DNA from: an uncultured beta proteobacterium
GTDB taxonomy: Bacteria > Pseudomonadota > Gammaproteobacteria > Burkholderiales > Burkholderiaceae_C
Direction of reading: 5' to 3'
Length of the DNA: 44,691 bases
Assembly (NCBI GenBank): GCA_903928635.1
Contig: CAIYRQ010000043.1
Coordinates: 1 to 44,691, forward strand
The notes beneath the pieces are model-generated. The model worked only from the letters and a program-made list of their open reading frames with translations. It was not told the origin of the DNA and ran no database searches. The first letter of the stretch is position 1; each line of letters opens with the position of its first letter. Positions 13,188 to 25,211 of the stretch are shown piece by piece. The position numbers and the translations under genes were made by a program.

Positions 13188-13939
13188 ACGGCTGGCAGAC
13201 CCTCCTCTACAAAGAAATTCTGCGCTTCTGGAAGGTTGCGTTTCAAACCATCGCCGGTCCGGTGCTCACGGCCATGCTGTACCTGCTTATTTTTGGCCAC
13301 GCGCTGGAAGACCATGTGAAGGTTTACGACCAGGTCAGTTACACCGCGTTTTTGGTGCCCGGCCTGGCCATGATGAGCTTGTTGCAAAACGCGTTTGCTA
13401 ATAGCTCCTCCTCGCTCATCATGAGCAAGGTCATGGGCAATTTGGTGTTCCTTCTGCTCACGCCGCTGTCCTACTGGCACTGGTTTGTCGCCTATGTGGG
13501 TGCTGCGGTGGTGCGCGGATTGGTGGTGGGTGCCGGGGTGTTTGTCATATCGTCGCTGTTCACCTCTATCGGTTTTGCCCAGCCCTGGTTTATTGTGGCC
13601 TTCGCGGTGATGGGTGCGGCGCTCATGGGAACGCTGGGACTGATTGCGGGTTTGTGGGCAGAAAAGTTTGACCAGCTTGCGGCATTTCAAAACTTTGTCG
13701 TCATGCCCATGACGTTTTTGAGTGGTGTGTTTTATTCCATCCATTCCTTGCCCGCCTTCTGGCAGGGCGTGAGCCACTTCAACCCGTTTTTCTACATGAT
13801 CGACGGTTTTCGCTACGGCTTTTTTGGCGTCAGCGACGTCTCACCCTGGCTGAGCTTGGGCGTGGTTGGCGTGGCACTGCTGCTGGTCAGCGGTATTGCC
13901 CTGCAGCTGCTGCGCAGCGGCTACAAGATTCGCAGCTGA
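13184..13939 (+). CDS. ABC-2 type transporter permease (YadH-like)
   Basis: KEILRFWK, multiple TM helices, FLSGVFYSI, NPFFYMIDGFRYGFFG. Confidence 0.9.
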   Translation: MNGWQTLLYKEILRFWKVAFQTIAGPVLTAMLYLLIFGHALEDHVKVYDQVSYTAFLVPGLAMMSLLQNAFANSSSSLIMSKVMGNLVFLLLTPLSYWHWFVAYVGAAVVRGLVVGAGVFVISSLFTSIGFAQPWFIVAFAVMGAALMGTLGLIAGLWAEKFDQLAAFQNFVVMPMTFLSGVFYSIHSLPAFWQGVSHFNPFFYMIDGFRYGFFGVSDVSPWLSLGVVGVALLLVSGIALQLLRSGYKIRS

Positions 13940-13958
13940 TTTTTTTCGTAACTCCCCC

Positions 13959-14201
13959 ATGACAGCCGACCAACTCCAAGCCCTGATCACCGCAGGCCTG
14001 CCCTGTGACCACTGCGCGCTCGAAGGCGATGGCCGCCATTGGTACGCCACCATCGTGTCTGCTGCGTTTGAAGGCAAGCGCCTGATTGCGCGCCACCAGC
14101 AGGTCTACGCCACGCTGGGCACCCGCATGCAAACGGACGAGGTGCATGCCTTGTCGATGAAGACCTACACCCCGGCTGAGTGGGCCCAACAATCGGCCTG
14201 A
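13959..14201 (+). CDS. BolA/IbaG family protein
   Basis: GDGRHWYATIVSAAFEG, RHQQVY, VHALSMKT; usual position before murA. Confidence 0.9.
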   Translation: MTADQLQALITAGLPCDHCALEGDGRHWYATIVSAAFEGKRLIARHQQVYATLGTRMQTDEVHALSMKTYTPAEWAQQSA

Positions 14202-14216
14202 GCCGCATACGACACC

Positions 14217-15482
14217 ATGGACAAACTCCTTATTCGTGGCGGGCGCATCCTGCAGGGCACGGTGCCCATTTCAGGCGCCAAGAACGCTGCCTTGCCCGAG
14301 CTGTGCGCCACCTTGCTGACCGCTGAGCCAGTGACGCTGCGCAACGTGCCGCGCCTGCAAGACGTCTCGACCATGCTCAAACTGATCCGTCACATGGGCG
14401 TTCAGATGGAGCAGCATGCCGATGGCAGCGTGAGCGCCAATGCAGGCGGTTTGAACCTGCCCGAAGCCCCCTACGAGCTGGTCAAGACCATGCGCGCCTC
14501 GGTGCTGGCGCTGGGCCCCTTGCTCGCGCGGTTTGGCCACGCCAAGGTGTCGCTGCCGGGCGGTTGCGCCATTGGTTCGCGCCCCGTCGACCAGCATCTG
14601 CGTGGACTAACCGCCATGGGCGCTGACATTGCGGTGGAGCACGGCTACATGGTGGCCAAGCTCGGTGGCGGTCGCAAACGCCTCCAAGGCGCACGCATCA
14701 CCACCGATATGGTGACCGTCACCGGCACAGAAAACTTCCTCATGGCCGCCGCACTGGCCGAGGGCGAAACCATTTTGGAAAACGCTGCTCAGGAACCCGA
14801 GATCCCCGACCTGGCGGAAATGCTGATCGCCATGGGCGCGCGCATTGAAGGCCATGGCACCAGTCGCATCCGTATTCAGGGCGTAGAGGCTTTGCATGGA
14901 TGCGAGCACCAGGTGGTGGCCGACCGGATTGAGGCTGGAACCTTTCTGTGCGCCGTGGCGGCGACCGGTGGCGATGTGCTGCTGCAGCACGGCCGCGCTG
15001 ACCACTTGGATGCGGTCATTGAAAAACTCTGTGCAGCGGGCGCTACCGTGACTGCTGTGGAAGGTGGAATCCGCGTGCAGTCCAGCGGGCGCTTGCAAGC
15101 GCAGGGCTTTCGTACCACCGAGTACCCCGGTTTTCCTACCGATATGCAAGCCCAGTTCATGGCGCTCAACTGCATCTCCAACGGCACCTCCAAAACCACA
15201 GAAACGATTTTTGAAAACCGCTTCATGCACGTGAACGAACTCGTGCGACTGGGCGCCAACATCCAGATTGAGGGCAAAGTGGCGCTGGTGCAGGGTGTTG
15301 CAGCCTTGTCGGGCGCCACGGTGATGGCCACCGATTTGCGCGCGTCAGCCTCCTTGGTGATTGCCGGGCTGGTGGCGCAGGGCGAGACCGTGGTCGAACG
15401 GATTTACCATTTGGACCGCGGCTACGACCAGATGGAGTCCAAGCTGCGCGGCCTGGGCGCCGACATTGAACGCATCAAATAG
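14217..15482 (+). CDS. murA: UDP-N-acetylglucosamine 1-carboxyvinyltransferase
   Basis: [23 protein letters not shown] (active-site Cys), [22 protein letters not shown]. Confidence 0.98.
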   Translation: MDKLLIRGGRILQGTVPISGAKNAALPELCATLLTAEPVTLRNVPRLQDVSTMLKLIRHMGVQMEQHADGSVSANAGGLNLPEAPYELVKTMRASVLALGPLLARFGHAKVSLPGGCAIGSRPVDQHLRGLTAMGADIAVEHGYMVAKLGGGRKRLQGARITTDMVTVTGTENFLMAAALAEGETILENAAQEPEIPDLAEMLIAMGARIEGHGTSRIRIQGVEALHGCEHQVVADRIEAGTFLCAVAATGGDVLLQHGRADHLDAVIEKLCAAGATVTAVEGGIRVQSSGRLQAQGFRTTEYPGFPTDMQAQFMALNCISNGTSKTTETIFENRFMHVNELVRLGANIQIEGKVALVQGVAALSGATVMATDLRASASLVIAGLVAQGETVVERIYHLDRGYDQMESKLRGLGADIERIK

Positions 15483-15531
15483 CCACTGTCGCCGATCTGA
15501 AACTGCACTGAACCCACCAGCGAGACCCGCC

Positions 15532-16197
15532 ATGATCACCATCGCCTTGTCCAAAGGCCGCATTTTTGAAGAGACGTTGCCGCTGCTGCGCGCTGCAGGC
15601 ATTGAGGTGCTCGACGATCCTGAAAAATCGCGCAAGCTGATTCTGGATACCAACCAGCCCGGCGTGCGGGTGCTGGTCGTGCGCGCCACTGACGTGCCGA
15701 CCTATGTGCAATTTGGCGGTGCCGACATGGGCATTACCGGCAAAGACACGCTGCTGGAGCACGGTGGCGACTGGGGCAGCGCTACGAGTGGCGCCGGCCT
15801 GTTTCAGCCCCTGGACTTGCAAATTTCCAAGTGCCGCATCAGCGTGGCCGTGCGCGCCGATTTTGACTACGCCCACGCGGTGCGCCAGGGCGCGCGCCTG
15901 AAAGTGGCGACCAAGTACGTCGCCATAGCGCGGGAATTTTTTGCCGGCAAAGGCGTGCACGTCGATCTGATCAAGCTCTACGGAAGCATGGAGCTGGCGC
16001 CCCTGGTTGGCATGGCGGACGCGATTGTGGATTTGGTGTCCACCGGCAACACGCTCAAGGCCAATCAGCTGGTCGAGGTGGAACACATTATGGACATTAG
16101 CGCCCGCCTAGTGGTCAACCAAGCGGCGCTCAAGCTCAAGCGCGAACCCATTCGCGCCATCATCAACGCCTTCGCCGGCGCTATTGGCAAGCCCTGA
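15532..16197 (+). CDS. hisG: ATP phosphoribosyltransferase, short form
   Basis: [41 protein letters not shown]; no C-terminal regulatory domain. Confidence 0.95.
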   Translation: MITIALSKGRIFEETLPLLRAAGIEVLDDPEKSRKLILDTNQPGVRVLVVRATDVPTYVQFGGADMGITGKDTLLEHGGDWGSATSGAGLFQPLDLQISKCRISVAVRADFDYAHAVRQGARLKVATKYVAIAREFFAGKGVHVDLIKLYGSMELAPLVGMADAIVDLVSTGNTLKANQLVEVEHIMDISARLVVNQAALKLKREPIRAIINAFAGAIGKP

Positions 16198-16204
16198 TTT
16201 TCTC

Positions 16205-17521
16205 ATGTCCTTCACCGCAACGCCTGCCCGTCTGTCCACCCAGGACGCCGATTTCGAGGCGCAGTTCACTGCGCGCCTGCACTGGTCGGCGGACACCGAC
16301 GCTGACATCGAACAGCGGGTCGCTTCTATCCTGGCCGATGTGCAGCGCCGGGGCGATGCCGCGTTGTTGGAATACACCGCGCGCTTTGACGGCTTGCAGG
16401 CCGAGAGCGTATCGGCTTTGGAGCTGACGCAGGCGGAACTGAAGGCTGCGTTTGAGGCTATTTCACCCGCTGAGCGCCAGGCGCTGGAGTTTGCCGCGGC
16501 GCGGGTGCGCAGCTACCACGAGGCGCAAAAGCAGGCCTGCGGCCAGAGCTGGAGCTACCGCGACGCCGACGGCACGCTCTTAGGCCAAAAAGTCACGCCT
16601 CTGGACCGCGTGGGCATTTATGTGCCTGGCGGCAAGGCAGCCTATCCGTCCAGCGTGCTGATGAACGCCATCCCCGCCCATGTGGCCGGGGTGACCGACA
16701 TCATCATGGTGGTGCCGACGCCGCAGGGAGTGAAAAATCCGCTGGTGCTGGCGGCAGCCTATGTGGCGGGTGTGAGCCGCGCGTTCACCGTGGGCGGCGC
16801 TCAGGCCGTGGCGGCGCTGGCCTACGGCACAGCCACCCTTCCCGCAGTGAACAAAATCACCGGTCCCGGCAACGCCTATGTGGCAGCCGCCAAGCGCCGC
16901 GTGTTTGGCACGGTGGGTATCGACATGATCGCCGGTCCGAGCGAGATTCTGGTGCTGGCCGACGGCAGCACGCCGCCGGACTGGGTGGCCATGGATTTGT
17001 TCAGCCAGGCTGAGCACGACGAACTGGCGCAAAGCATCTTGCTGTGCCCCGATGCGGCTTACATCGCCCAGGTGCAAGCCTCGATTGACCGTTTGCTGCC
17101 GCACATGCCTCGCGCTGAGATCATCGCCAAGTCATTGAGCGGCCGTGGCGCCTTGGTGCACACCCGCAGCATGGAAGAGGCCTGCACCCTGAGCAACCGC
17201 ATCGCCCCCGAGCATCTGGAAGTCTCCAGCGCCGATCCCCACCGATGGGAGCCCCTGTTGGTGCACGCTGGGGCCATCTTTTTGGGCGCTTACACCAGTG
17301 AGTCCTTGGGGGACTACTGCGCCGGGCCCAATCACGTGCTACCCACCTCGGGTACTGCCCGCTTTTCCAGCCCGCTGGGCGTGTACGACTTTCAAAAGCG
17401 CAGCAGCCTGATTGAGGTCAGTGCAGCAGGCGCACAAGTTTTGGGGCCAGTGGCTGCGACGCTGGCCTATGGCGAAGGCTTGCAAGCCCACGCCCGCGCC
17501 GCCGAAATGAGGTTGAAATGA
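16205..17521 (+). CDS. hisD: Histidinol dehydrogenase
   Basis: [54 protein letters not shown]. Confidence 0.97.
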   Translation: MSFTATPARLSTQDADFEAQFTARLHWSADTDADIEQRVASILADVQRRGDAALLEYTARFDGLQAESVSALELTQAELKAAFEAISPAERQALEFAAARVRSYHEAQKQACGQSWSYRDADGTLLGQKVTPLDRVGIYVPGGKAAYPSSVLMNAIPAHVAGVTDIIMVVPTPQGVKNPLVLAAAYVAGVSRAFTVGGAQAVAALAYGTATLPAVNKITGPGNAYVAAAKRRVFGTVGIDMIAGPSEILVLADGSTPPDWVAMDLFSQAEHDELAQSILLCPDAAYIAQVQASIDRLLPHMPRAEIIAKSLSGRGALVHTRSMEEACTLSNRIAPEHLEVSSADPHRWEPLLVHAGAIFLGAYTSESLGDYCAGPNHVLPTSGTARFSSPLGVYDFQKRSSLIEVSAAGAQVLGPVAATLAYGEGLQAHARAAEMRLK

Positions 17522-18669
17522 ACAGCCCCTTGGCGCCAAGCGCAGAGACTTTGGTGCAGCAGCGCATTCGCGGCGATGTACAGGCCATGCATGCCTACGT
17601 GGTGCAAGACCCGCAGGGCATGGTCAAGCTCGACGCGATGGAAAACCCCTTCCCTCTGAGCCCTGAGCTGCAATCGGCCTTGGGTGCGCGTCTCGGTGCC
17701 GTGGCGCTGAACCGCTACCCCGGCGTCCGCGTGAACGACTTGCGCCAGGCGCTGGCGCAGTATGCGCACATGCCCGCGGGCTACGACATCATTTTGGGAA
17801 ACGGCTCGGATGAGCTGATTTCTTTGATCAGCATGGCCTGCGCGGTGCCGAGCGATGCCCGCACAGGGAAAAAGCCGGTGGTACTTGCACCCGTGCCCGG
17901 TTTTGTGATGTACGCCGTGAGCGCGCAGTTGCAGGGCATGGATTTTGTCGGCGTACCCCTCACGCCGGACTTCGCGCTGGACCTGCCCGCCATGCTTAGC
18001 GCCATCGCGCGCACCCAGCCGGCCGTGGTCTATCTGGCCTATCCCAACAACCCGACCGCCAATCTATGGGATGAGGCCGACATGGCGCAGGTCGTTGCCG
18101 CCGCACGGCAATGTGGCAGCCTGGTCGTGCTCGATGAGGCCTACCAACCGTTTTCCAGCCGCAGTTACTGGGACACCATCCGCGCCCAACCCGAAGCCCA
18201 CAGCCATGTGCTGTTGATGCGCACGCTGAGCAAATTTGGCCTGGCGGGCGTGCGGCTGGGTTACTTGATGGGCCCCATAGCATTGGTGGCGGAGCTCGAC
18301 AAAGTGCGTCCGCCCTACAACATCAGTGTGCTGAACTGCGAATGCGCTTTGTTTGCGCTAGAACATGCCGACGCATTTGCCCAGCAGGCAAAGACAATTT
18401 GCGACGAACGTGATCGATTGCTGCAGGCTTTGCGGACGATGCCCCGGCTCACCGCGTGGGACAGCCAGGCCAATATGATTTTGGTGCGCGTGGCCGGCCA
18501 AAGCGGGACGGACGAGGCGCAGCGAGTGTTTGAGGCGCTGCGCAGCCACGGCGTGCTGATTAAGAACGTTTCTAAAATGCACCCCGTATTGGCGGGTTGT
18601 CTGCGCCTGACCGTGGGCACCGCCATCGAAAACACCCAGCTGCTCGCAGCATTAGAGGCCTCACTATGA
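17518..18669 (+). CDS. hisC: Histidinol-phosphate aminotransferase
   Basis: [44 protein letters not shown]-lysine motif. Confidence 0.96.
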   Translation: MNSPLAPSAETLVQQRIRGDVQAMHAYVVQDPQGMVKLDAMENPFPLSPELQSALGARLGAVALNRYPGVRVNDLRQALAQYAHMPAGYDIILGNGSDELISLISMACAVPSDARTGKKPVVLAPVPGFVMYAVSAQLQGMDFVGVPLTPDFALDLPAMLSAIARTQPAVVYLAYPNNPTANLWDEADMAQVVAAARQCGSLVVLDEAYQPFSSRSYWDTIRAQPEAHSHVLLMRTLSKFGLAGVRLGYLMGPIALVAELDKVRPPYNISVLNCECALFALEHADAFAQQAKTICDERDRLLQALRTMPRLTAWDSQANMILVRVAGQSGTDEAQRVFEALRSHGVLIKNVSKMHPVLAGCLRLTVGTAIENTQLLAALEASL

Positions 18670-19310
18670 CCCAAACTGCCCTGACTGAAGTGCACCTGTC
18701 CCCCGCTGGCGGCCCCCGTGCCGCGCGCACGGCCGAAGTGGATCGCACCACAGCGGAGACGCGGATCCACGTCAAACTGAATCTGGACGGCAGCGGCCGG
18801 TCGCGCCTGTCCACCGGCATCGGCTTTTTTGACCACATGCTCGACCAGATCGCGCGACATGGTTTGATTGACCTGGAGATCGAAGCCGAAGGTGATTTGC
18901 ACATTGACGGCCACCACACGGTGGAAGACGTGGGCATCACCCTGGGCCAGGCGGTACACAAGGCCGTGGGGGACAAAAAGGGCATCCGCCGCTATGGCCA
19001 TGCCTATGTCCCGCTGGACGAGGCCTTGTCGCGGGTGGTGATTGATCTGTCCGGTCGCCCCGGCTTGACCATGAACATTCCTTTTACCAGCGGGGTGATT
19101 GGTGGCTTTGACACCCAGCTCACGCACGAATTTTTCCAAGGCTTTGTGAACCACGCCGGCGTGACGCTGCACATTGACAACCTCAAAGGGGATAACGCCC
19201 ACCACCAGGCCGAAACCGTGTTCAAAGCCTTTGCCCGCGCTTTGCGCAGCGCATTGGAATACGATCCACGCGCACTGGAGGCTATTCCCTCTACCAAGGG
19301 CTCGCTGTAG
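18666..19310 (+). CDS. hisB: Imidazoleglycerol-phosphate dehydratase
   Basis: [35 protein letters not shown]. Confidence 0.97.
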   Translation: MTQTALTEVHLSPAGGPRAARTAEVDRTTAETRIHVKLNLDGSGRSRLSTGIGFFDHMLDQIARHGLIDLEIEAEGDLHIDGHHTVEDVGITLGQAVHKAVGDKKGIRRYGHAYVPLDEALSRVVIDLSGRPGLTMNIPFTSGVIGGFDTQLTHEFFQGFVNHAGVTLHIDNLKGDNAHHQAETVFKAFARALRSALEYDPRALEAIPSTKGSL

Positions 19311-19344
19311 CCCGCCACTGTCCGCTGCCCCATCGCCTTCTGGA

Positions 19345-20001
19345 ATGAAAACTGTCGCGATTGTTGATTACGGCATGGGCAATTTGCGCTCGGTGACCCA
19401 AGCCGTCATGCATGCGGCCGAGCACGAGGGTGTGCAGGCCGTTTGGGCCCGTACGCCGCAAGAGGTGATGGACGCCGAGCGCGTAGTGCTTCCCGGTCAA
19501 GGCGCGATGCGTGACTGCATGCGCGAGCTGCACGACTCGGGCATGCTGCCTGCCGTTCTGCACGCCGCCGCCCACAAACCCCTCATGGGCGTGTGCGTGG
19601 GCATGCAAATGCTGCTGGACCACAGCGAGGAGCAGGACACGGCTTGCCTGGGCCTGATGCCTGGCAATGTGGTCAAGTTCGATTTGCAGGGGCAATTCCA
19701 AGCCGATGGAAGCCGCTTCAAGGTGCCGCAAATGGGCTGGAACCAGGTCTGGCGCAACAACCATGGCCGGGCGCCGCACCCGGTGTGGGGCGAGGTGCCC
19801 GACGGAAGCTACTTCTATTTTGTGCACAGTTATTACGCAAAACCGTCCGATGCACGCCACATCGTGGGTGAAACCGACTATGGTTCGCGTTTTTGCTCAG
19901 CCATTGCACGCGATAATATTTTCGCTACCCAATTTCATCCGGAAAAGAGCGCACAACAAGGCTTGGCGCTGTACCGCAATTTCCTGCGCTGGAATCCGTA
20001 A
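19345..20001 (+). CDS. hisH: IGP synthase glutamine amidotransferase subunit
   Basis: [36 protein letters not shown]. Confidence 0.96.
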   Translation: MKTVAIVDYGMGNLRSVTQAVMHAAEHEGVQAVWARTPQEVMDAERVVLPGQGAMRDCMRELHDSGMLPAVLHAAAHKPLMGVCVGMQMLLDHSEEQDTACLGLMPGNVVKFDLQGQFQADGSRFKVPQMGWNQVWRNNHGRAPHPVWGEVPDGSYFYFVHSYYAKPSDARHIVGETDYGSRFCSAIARDNIFATQFHPEKSAQQGLALYRNFLRWNP

Positions 20002-20044
20002 ATCGTTTTCTTTGCTTTTCTTCTTTCACCACCGCTAAAGCACC

Positions 20045-20785
20045 ATGCTGTTAATTCCCGCGATTGACCTCAAAGACGGCCACTGTGTTCGCCTGAAACA
20101 GGGCGATATGGACCAATCCACCACTTTTGGCGAAGACCCGGCGGTCATGGCGCGCAGCTGGGTGGACAAAGGGGCGCGGCGCTTGCATTTGGTGGATTTG
20201 AACGGCGCGTTTGCCGGCCACCCTAAGAATGAAGCGGCCATCCGCAAGATCTTGAAAGAGGTGGGCAGCGAGGTCGATGTGCAGCTCGGTGGTGGTATCC
20301 GCGATCTGGATACCATTGAGCGCTACTTGGACGCCGGTCTGCGCTATGTGATTATTGGTACTGCTGCGGTCAAAAACCCTGGCTTTTTGCAAGACGCCTG
20401 CACCGCTTTTGGCGGCCACATCATCGTGGGCCTGGACGCGCGTGACGGCAAGGTGGCCACCGATGGCTGGAGCAAGCTCACCCGCCATGATGTCGTGGAC
20501 CTGGGCAAAAAGTTTGAGGACTACGGCGTCGAATCCATTATTTACACCGACATTGGGCGCGACGGCATGCTCAGCGGCATCAATATCGAAGCCACGGTGA
20601 AACTGGCGCAGGCGTTGACGATTCCGGTAATTGCGTCGGGTGGCTTGAGCAATTTGGCCGATATCGAGGCGCTGTGCGCCGTGGAAGACGAAGGCGTGGA
20701 GGGCGTGATCTGCGGCCGTGCCATTTACACCGGCGACTTGGACTTTGCTGCCGGACAGGCCCGCGCCGACGAAATCAATGGCTGA
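20045..20785 (+). CDS. hisA: ProFAR isomerase
   Basis: [43 protein letters not shown]. Confidence 0.97.
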   Translation: MLLIPAIDLKDGHCVRLKQGDMDQSTTFGEDPAVMARSWVDKGARRLHLVDLNGAFAGHPKNEAAIRKILKEVGSEVDVQLGGGIRDLDTIERYLDAGLRYVIIGTAAVKNPGFLQDACTAFGGHIIVGLDARDGKVATDGWSKLTRHDVVDLGKKFEDYGVESIIYTDIGRDGMLSGINIEATVKLAQALTIPVIASGGLSNLADIEALCAVEDEGVEGVICGRAIYTGDLDFAAGQARADEING

Positions 20786-21635
20786 TGGCGGCGCGCTGTG
20801 CCGCAGCGAAACCCTGCACGGCCAGCCCGGCCAGCGGCTCACGCTGGCCAATGGCGACTCCGTTTGGGTGGCGCTGCAAGGCGCCCATGTGGTGTCATGG
20901 CGTGCAGCCCGGCGTGAGCGCCTCTACTTAAGCCCTCGCAACCACTGGGATGGACACAGTGCCATTCGCGGTGGCGTGCCGGTGTGTTTTCCCCAGTTCA
21001 ACCAGCGCGGCAGCCTGCCCAAGCACGGGTTTGCGCGCAATCTTGCGTGGACCGTGGGCCCATCCAAGGTGCAAGACGACGAAGTGCAGCAAGACTTTCT
21101 GCTTGCGTCGAGCCCTCAGACCCAGGCGTTTTGGTCACAACAATTTGAGGCAACTGTGCGGGTTGTGCTGACGCCCGGCGCATTGGCGGTCGCTCTGTTG
21201 GTACACAACACCGACGACACACCCTTGGAATTCTCAGGTGCCCTGCACACGTACTTGGCGGTTGACCGGATTGAACAGGTGCGTTTGACCGGCTTGCAAG
21301 GTCAAGCCGAGTGGGACGCTTTGAGCGACCGGCACGCCAGCGCGGCTGCAGAACTGCAATTCGACGGCGAATTCGACCGCGTGTACGACGCCGCACTTTC
21401 GCCCTTGCACCTGCATGACGGTGCCAGCCGACTTGAAGTAAGTCAAAGCGCGAGCTGGGCACACAGCGTGGTGTGGAACCCAGGGCGCGAAAAATGCGCG
21501 GCCATGGCCGACTTGCCCAGCGAGGGATACGCGCACTTTGTCTGCGTGGAAGCAGCCCAAGTCATGTCGCCGATCACGGTGCCCTCTTCCGGGACCTGGC
21601 AGGGATGGCAGCGACTTTGTGTACTGGAGGATTGA
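20778..21635 (+). CDS. D-hexose-6-phosphate mutarotase (aldose 1-epimerase family, YeaD-like)
   Basis: [50 protein letters not shown]. Confidence 0.88.
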   Translation: MADGGALCRSETLHGQPGQRLTLANGDSVWVALQGAHVVSWRAARRERLYLSPRNHWDGHSAIRGGVPVCFPQFNQRGSLPKHGFARNLAWTVGPSKVQDDEVQQDFLLASSPQTQAFWSQQFEATVRVVLTPGALAVALLVHNTDDTPLEFSGALHTYLAVDRIEQVRLTGLQGQAEWDALSDRHASAAAELQFDGEFDRVYDAALSPLHLHDGASRLEVSQSASWAHSVVWNPGREKCAAMADLPSEGYAHFVCVEAAQVMSPITVPSSGTWQGWQRLCVLED

Positions 21636-21637
21636 CG

Positions 21638-22426
21638 ATGCTGGCCAAACGCATCATCCCTTGCCTGGACGTGACCGGTGGCCGCGTGGTGAAGGGCGTG
21701 AATTTTGTGGAGCTGCGCGATGCGGGAGACCCGGTAGAAATTGCCGCCCGCTACAACGACCAGGGTGCCGACGAATTGACGTTCCTGGACATCACGGCCA
21801 CCAGCGACGCGCGCGATGTGATTCTCCACATCATCGAGGCGGTGGCCTCGCAGGTCTTTATTCCCTTGACGGTGGGCGGCGGTGTGCGCACCGTGGACGA
21901 TGTGCGTCGAATGCTTAACGCAGGTGCCGACAAAGTGAGCTTTAACTCAGCCGCCATCGCCAACCCCCAAGTGATTGAAGCCGCTTCCCACAAATACGGC
22001 GCCCAGTGCATCGTGGTGGCAATAGACGCCAAACGACGCCAAGGTGAGGCGCTTGCGCTGCGCGGACCGGGTTGGGATGTGTTCAGCCATGGCGGACGCC
22101 AGAACACGGGACTGGACGCCGTGGTTTGGGCAACCGACATGGCGCGGCGCGGTGCTGGTGAAATTTTGCTCACCAGCATGGACCGCGACGGCACCAAATC
22201 CGGTTTTGACTTGGAGCTGACCCGCGCCGTGGCGGATGCCGTGCCGGTGCCCGTGATCGCATCCGGCGGCGTGGGTACGCTGGACCACTTGGCCGACGGC
22301 GTGAGCATAGGCGGCGCTGATGCAGTGCTGGCGGCGAGTATTTTTCACTACGGCGAATTCACCGTCGGACAGGCCAAAGCGCGCATGGCCGCCCGTGGCA
22401 TTCCTGTGCGATGGGATGCACGATGA
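21638..22426 (+). CDS. hisF: IGP synthase cyclase subunit
   Basis: [44 protein letters not shown]. Confidence 0.97.
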   Translation: MLAKRIIPCLDVTGGRVVKGVNFVELRDAGDPVEIAARYNDQGADELTFLDITATSDARDVILHIIEAVASQVFIPLTVGGGVRTVDDVRRMLNAGADKVSFNSAAIANPQVIEAASHKYGAQCIVVAIDAKRRQGEALALRGPGWDVFSHGGRQNTGLDAVVWATDMARRGAGEILLTSMDRDGTKSGFDLELTRAVADAVPVPVIASGGVGTLDHLADGVSIGGADAVLAASIFHYGEFTVGQAKARMAARGIPVRWDAR

Positions 22427-22812
22427 GCTGGCTCGACGACATTCGCTGGGACGCGCAGGGCTTGGTGCCTGCGATTGCGCAGGAGCAGGGCAGCAAAGAT
22501 GTGCTGATGTTCGCGTGGATGGACCGGGAGGCTTTGCAAAAGACCGCCGAGCTGGGCCGCGCCGTCTACTTCAGCCGTTCACGCAACAAGCTGTGGTTCA
22601 AGGGTGAAGAGTCCGGCCATCTGCAGGTCGTCCACGAAATCCGCGTGGACTGCGACGCCGACGTGGTGCTGCTGACCGTCACCCAGCAGGGGCATACTCC
22701 CGGGATTGCCTGCCATACTGGGCGTCACAGCTGCTTTTTCAGTGTGCTGAAAGACGGGGTGTGGCAGCCCGTGGACCCTGTCTTGAAAAATCCTGATTCC
22801 ATCTACAAGTAG
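22423..22812 (+). CDS. hisI: Phosphoribosyl-AMP cyclohydrolase
   Basis: [31 protein letters not shown]. Confidence 0.96.
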   Translation: MSWLDDIRWDAQGLVPAIAQEQGSKDVLMFAWMDREALQKTAELGRAVYFSRSRNKLWFKGEESGHLQVVHEIRVDCDADVVLLTVTQQGHTPGIACHTGRHSCFFSVLKDGVWQPVDPVLKNPDSIYK

Positions 22813-22816
22813 CACC

Positions 22817-23197
22817 ATGCCTTCCACTGATTTGTCCCAAGACGCTTTGGCGCGTCTGGCAGCCGTCATCGAAACCCGCAAAGCGGCCAACGGCGGCGAC
22901 CCCGCCGCCAGCTATGTGGCGCGCCTGCTGCACCAGGGACCCGACGCGTTTCTGAAAAAAATCGGCGAGGAAGCCACCGAAGTCGTCATGGCAGCCAAAG
23001 ACGCCGACCACGGTGGCGACGCCACAAAAATTGTGAATGAGGTGGCCGATCTTTGGTTCCACTGCCTGATTGCGCTGGCCCATTACGACCTGACGCCTGG
23101 CCACGTGGTGGCCGAACTCGAACGTCGTGCGGGCACCAGCGGCATCGAAGAAAAAGCCTTGCGCAAGGCTGTTTTGCGTGATGCTCAGGGTGGCTAG
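22817..23197 (+). CDS. hisE: Phosphoribosyl-ATP pyrophosphatase
   Basis: [23 protein letters not shown]. Confidence 0.95.
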   Translation: MPSTDLSQDALARLAAVIETRKAANGGDPAASYVARLLHQGPDAFLKKIGEEATEVVMAAKDADHGGDATKIVNEVADLWFHCLIALAHYDLTPGHVVAELERRAGTSGIEEKALRKAVLRDAQGG

Positions 23198-23231
23198 CTC
23201 CGGTACCCTCTTGAAACCGATGGATTCCACC

Positions 23232-23606
23232 ATGACATCCCACAGCGTTGACCACGATCCCAACTGCCTGTTTTGCAAAATTGTCGCCAAACAGATCCCC
23301 TCGCGCCCGGTGTACGAGGACGACGATTTTTATGCGTTTCACGACATCGCGCCTTGGGCGCCGGTGCATTTTCTGCTGATCCCCAAGGCGCATATCCCTT
23401 CGATGGCCCACATCACTGAAGACCACGCCGCCCTCATGGGACGCATGATGGCCTTGGTGCCCCAACTGGCATTGCAGGAGGGATGCAACCCGTACCCGGA
23501 CGGCGGTTACCGGCTGGTGACGAATACCGGAGCCGAAGGAGGCCAGGAGGTGCGGCATCTGCATTTCCATATCATGGGCGGCTCACGACCCTGGCTGCGC
23601 GGCTAA
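23232..23606 (+). CDS. Histidine triad nucleotide-binding protein (HinT-like)
   Basis: CLFCKI, AFHDIAP, HFLLIPK, GGQEVRHLHFHIMGG. Confidence 0.92.
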   Translation: MTSHSVDHDPNCLFCKIVAKQIPSRPVYEDDDFYAFHDIAPWAPVHFLLIPKAHIPSMAHITEDHAALMGRMMALVPQLALQEGCNPYPDGGYRLVTNTGAEGGQEVRHLHFHIMGGSRPWLRG

Positions 23607-23671
23607 AGCACCCGGCAGCACGCAGATATTTGGCGGCGACTAGAATTCCACCACCTCATTAGGAGAACATC

Positions 23672-23908
23672 ATGGGTTTGTCTACCACGCATCTGATCAT
23701 TTTTTTGGTCATCATCGTTGTGATCTTCGGCACCAAAAAGTTGCGCAATATCGGCGCCGATTTGGGCGGCGCGGTCAAGGGCTTTAAGGACGGCATGAAA
23801 GACGGTGGCGAAAAGCCCGCTGAAGCTGCTGCGCCCGCGCAACAAGTCGCCGCGAATTCGGCGACCGCCAAAGAGACCATCGACGTCGAAGCCAAAGCCA
23901 AGCATTAA
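23672..23908 (+). CDS. tatA: Twin-arginine translocase subunit TatA
   Basis: AGGAG RBS; TM helix + [18 protein letters not shown]. Confidence 0.95.
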   Translation: MGLSTTHLIIFLVIIVVIFGTKKLRNIGADLGGAVKGFKDGMKDGGEKPAEAAAPAQQVAANSATAKETIDVEAKAKH

Positions 23909-23951
23909 GCGTGATGGCTGTGGGCAGTAACGCTTCTCATTAGGGTTTCCT

Positions 23952-24410
23952 GTGTTTGATATTGGCGTTACCAAACTAGCGATCGTCGGCGGTATTGCGC
24001 TTATCGTTATTGGCCCGGAAAAGCTTCCGGCGGTTGCCAAGACCCTGGGCACCTTGCTCGGCCGGGCGCGGCGCTATGTGGCGGATGTGAAAGAGGAGGT
24101 CAATCGTTCGATGGACCTCGAAGAGCTGCGAAAAATGCGCGACACGGTTGAATCGGCGGCGCAGGCGGTGGAGACATCGATCCAAACCAGTGCCGACGAA
24201 GTGCAGAAAACCTGGTCAGCTGCGACTTACGCCGGCCAAGAGGCAGTTTCCCTGCCGTATTACTCCGTCCACACGGTGCCCAAAAAACGCTGGCGCGCCA
24301 AAATCAGCGCCACCCCGAACTGGTACAAAGCCCAGTCGGGCACCCGGACCAAGGCACTCTCCGGTGCAGCACGTGTGGCACGCTTTCGGCCCCCTAAAGT
24401 GACGCCATGA
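23952..24410 (+). CDS. tatB: Twin-arginine translocase subunit TatB
   Basis: [14 protein letters not shown]; GTG start. Confidence 0.93.
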   Translation: MFDIGVTKLAIVGGIALIVIGPEKLPAVAKTLGTLLGRARRYVADVKEEVNRSMDLEELRKMRDTVESAAQAVETSIQTSADEVQKTWSAATYAGQEAVSLPYYSVHTVPKKRWRAKISATPNWYKAQSGTRTKALSGAARVARFRPPKVTP

Positions 24411-25198
24411 CCGATTCAAGTTCCAAAGAAGACGAACTCGCCGGAACCGAACAGCCGTTTATCCAGCACCTGTTTGAACTGCGCGACCGCTTGCTACGCG
24501 CCATCTACGGCATTGCAGCGATTTTTGCCGTGCTGGTGTTTTACCCCGGCCCCTCGCAGCTGTACGACCTCTTGGCCATGCCCCTGGTGCGTGCGCTGCC
24601 GGAGGGCTCCAAAATGATTGCTGTGGGCGTGGTCTCACCTTTCCTGGTACCGATCAAAGTCTCGGTGATGGCGGCTGTTGCCCTGTCATTGCCTTGGATT
24701 CTTTACCAAATCTGGGCGTTCGTGGCCCCGGGCCTGTACAAGCATGAGAAAAAGCTGGTGCTGCCACTGGTGGCTGCCAGCACCGTGCTGTTTTATGCGG
24801 GTGCCGCTTTCTGCTACTTTTTCGTGTTTGGCCAGGCCTTTCCCGCCATCCAGAAAATGGCACCGGCCTCTGTGGCCGTGAGCCCGGACATTGAGGCCTA
24901 CCTTGACTTTGTGATCACCATGTTCATCGCTTTTGGCGTTGCCTTTGAAGTGCCGATTGTGGTGGTGATATTGGCGCGGATGAATGTCGTCACAGTGGCG
25001 CAGCTCAAGGCTTTCCGCACCTATTTCATCGTGGCCGCTGCCGCAGCGGCAGGCCTGGTGACACCGCCCGACCCCGTGTCCATGCTGGCACTTCTCATTC
25101 CCATGTGCCTTTTGTATGAAGTGGGAATTTGGGCGGCCCAGCTATTTATTCGCCACACCCAGTCACCCGAGGCCGAGGCTGAAGCGGCGCAGCCCTGA
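24407..25198 (+). CDS. tatC: Twin-arginine translocase subunit TatC
   Basis: [34 protein letters not shown]. Confidence 0.96.
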   Translation: MTDSSSKEDELAGTEQPFIQHLFELRDRLLRAIYGIAAIFAVLVFYPGPSQLYDLLAMPLVRALPEGSKMIAVGVVSPFLVPIKVSVMAAVALSLPWILYQIWAFVAPGLYKHEKKLVLPLVAASTVLFYAGAAFCYFFVFGQAFPAIQKMAPASVAVSPDIEAYLDFVITMFIAFGVAFEVPIVVVILARMNVVTVAQLKAFRTYFIVAAAAAAGLVTPPDPVSMLALLIPMCLLYEVGIWAAQLFIRHTQSPEAEAEAAQP

Positions 25199-25211
25199 GA
25201 CCAGCGCTGGC

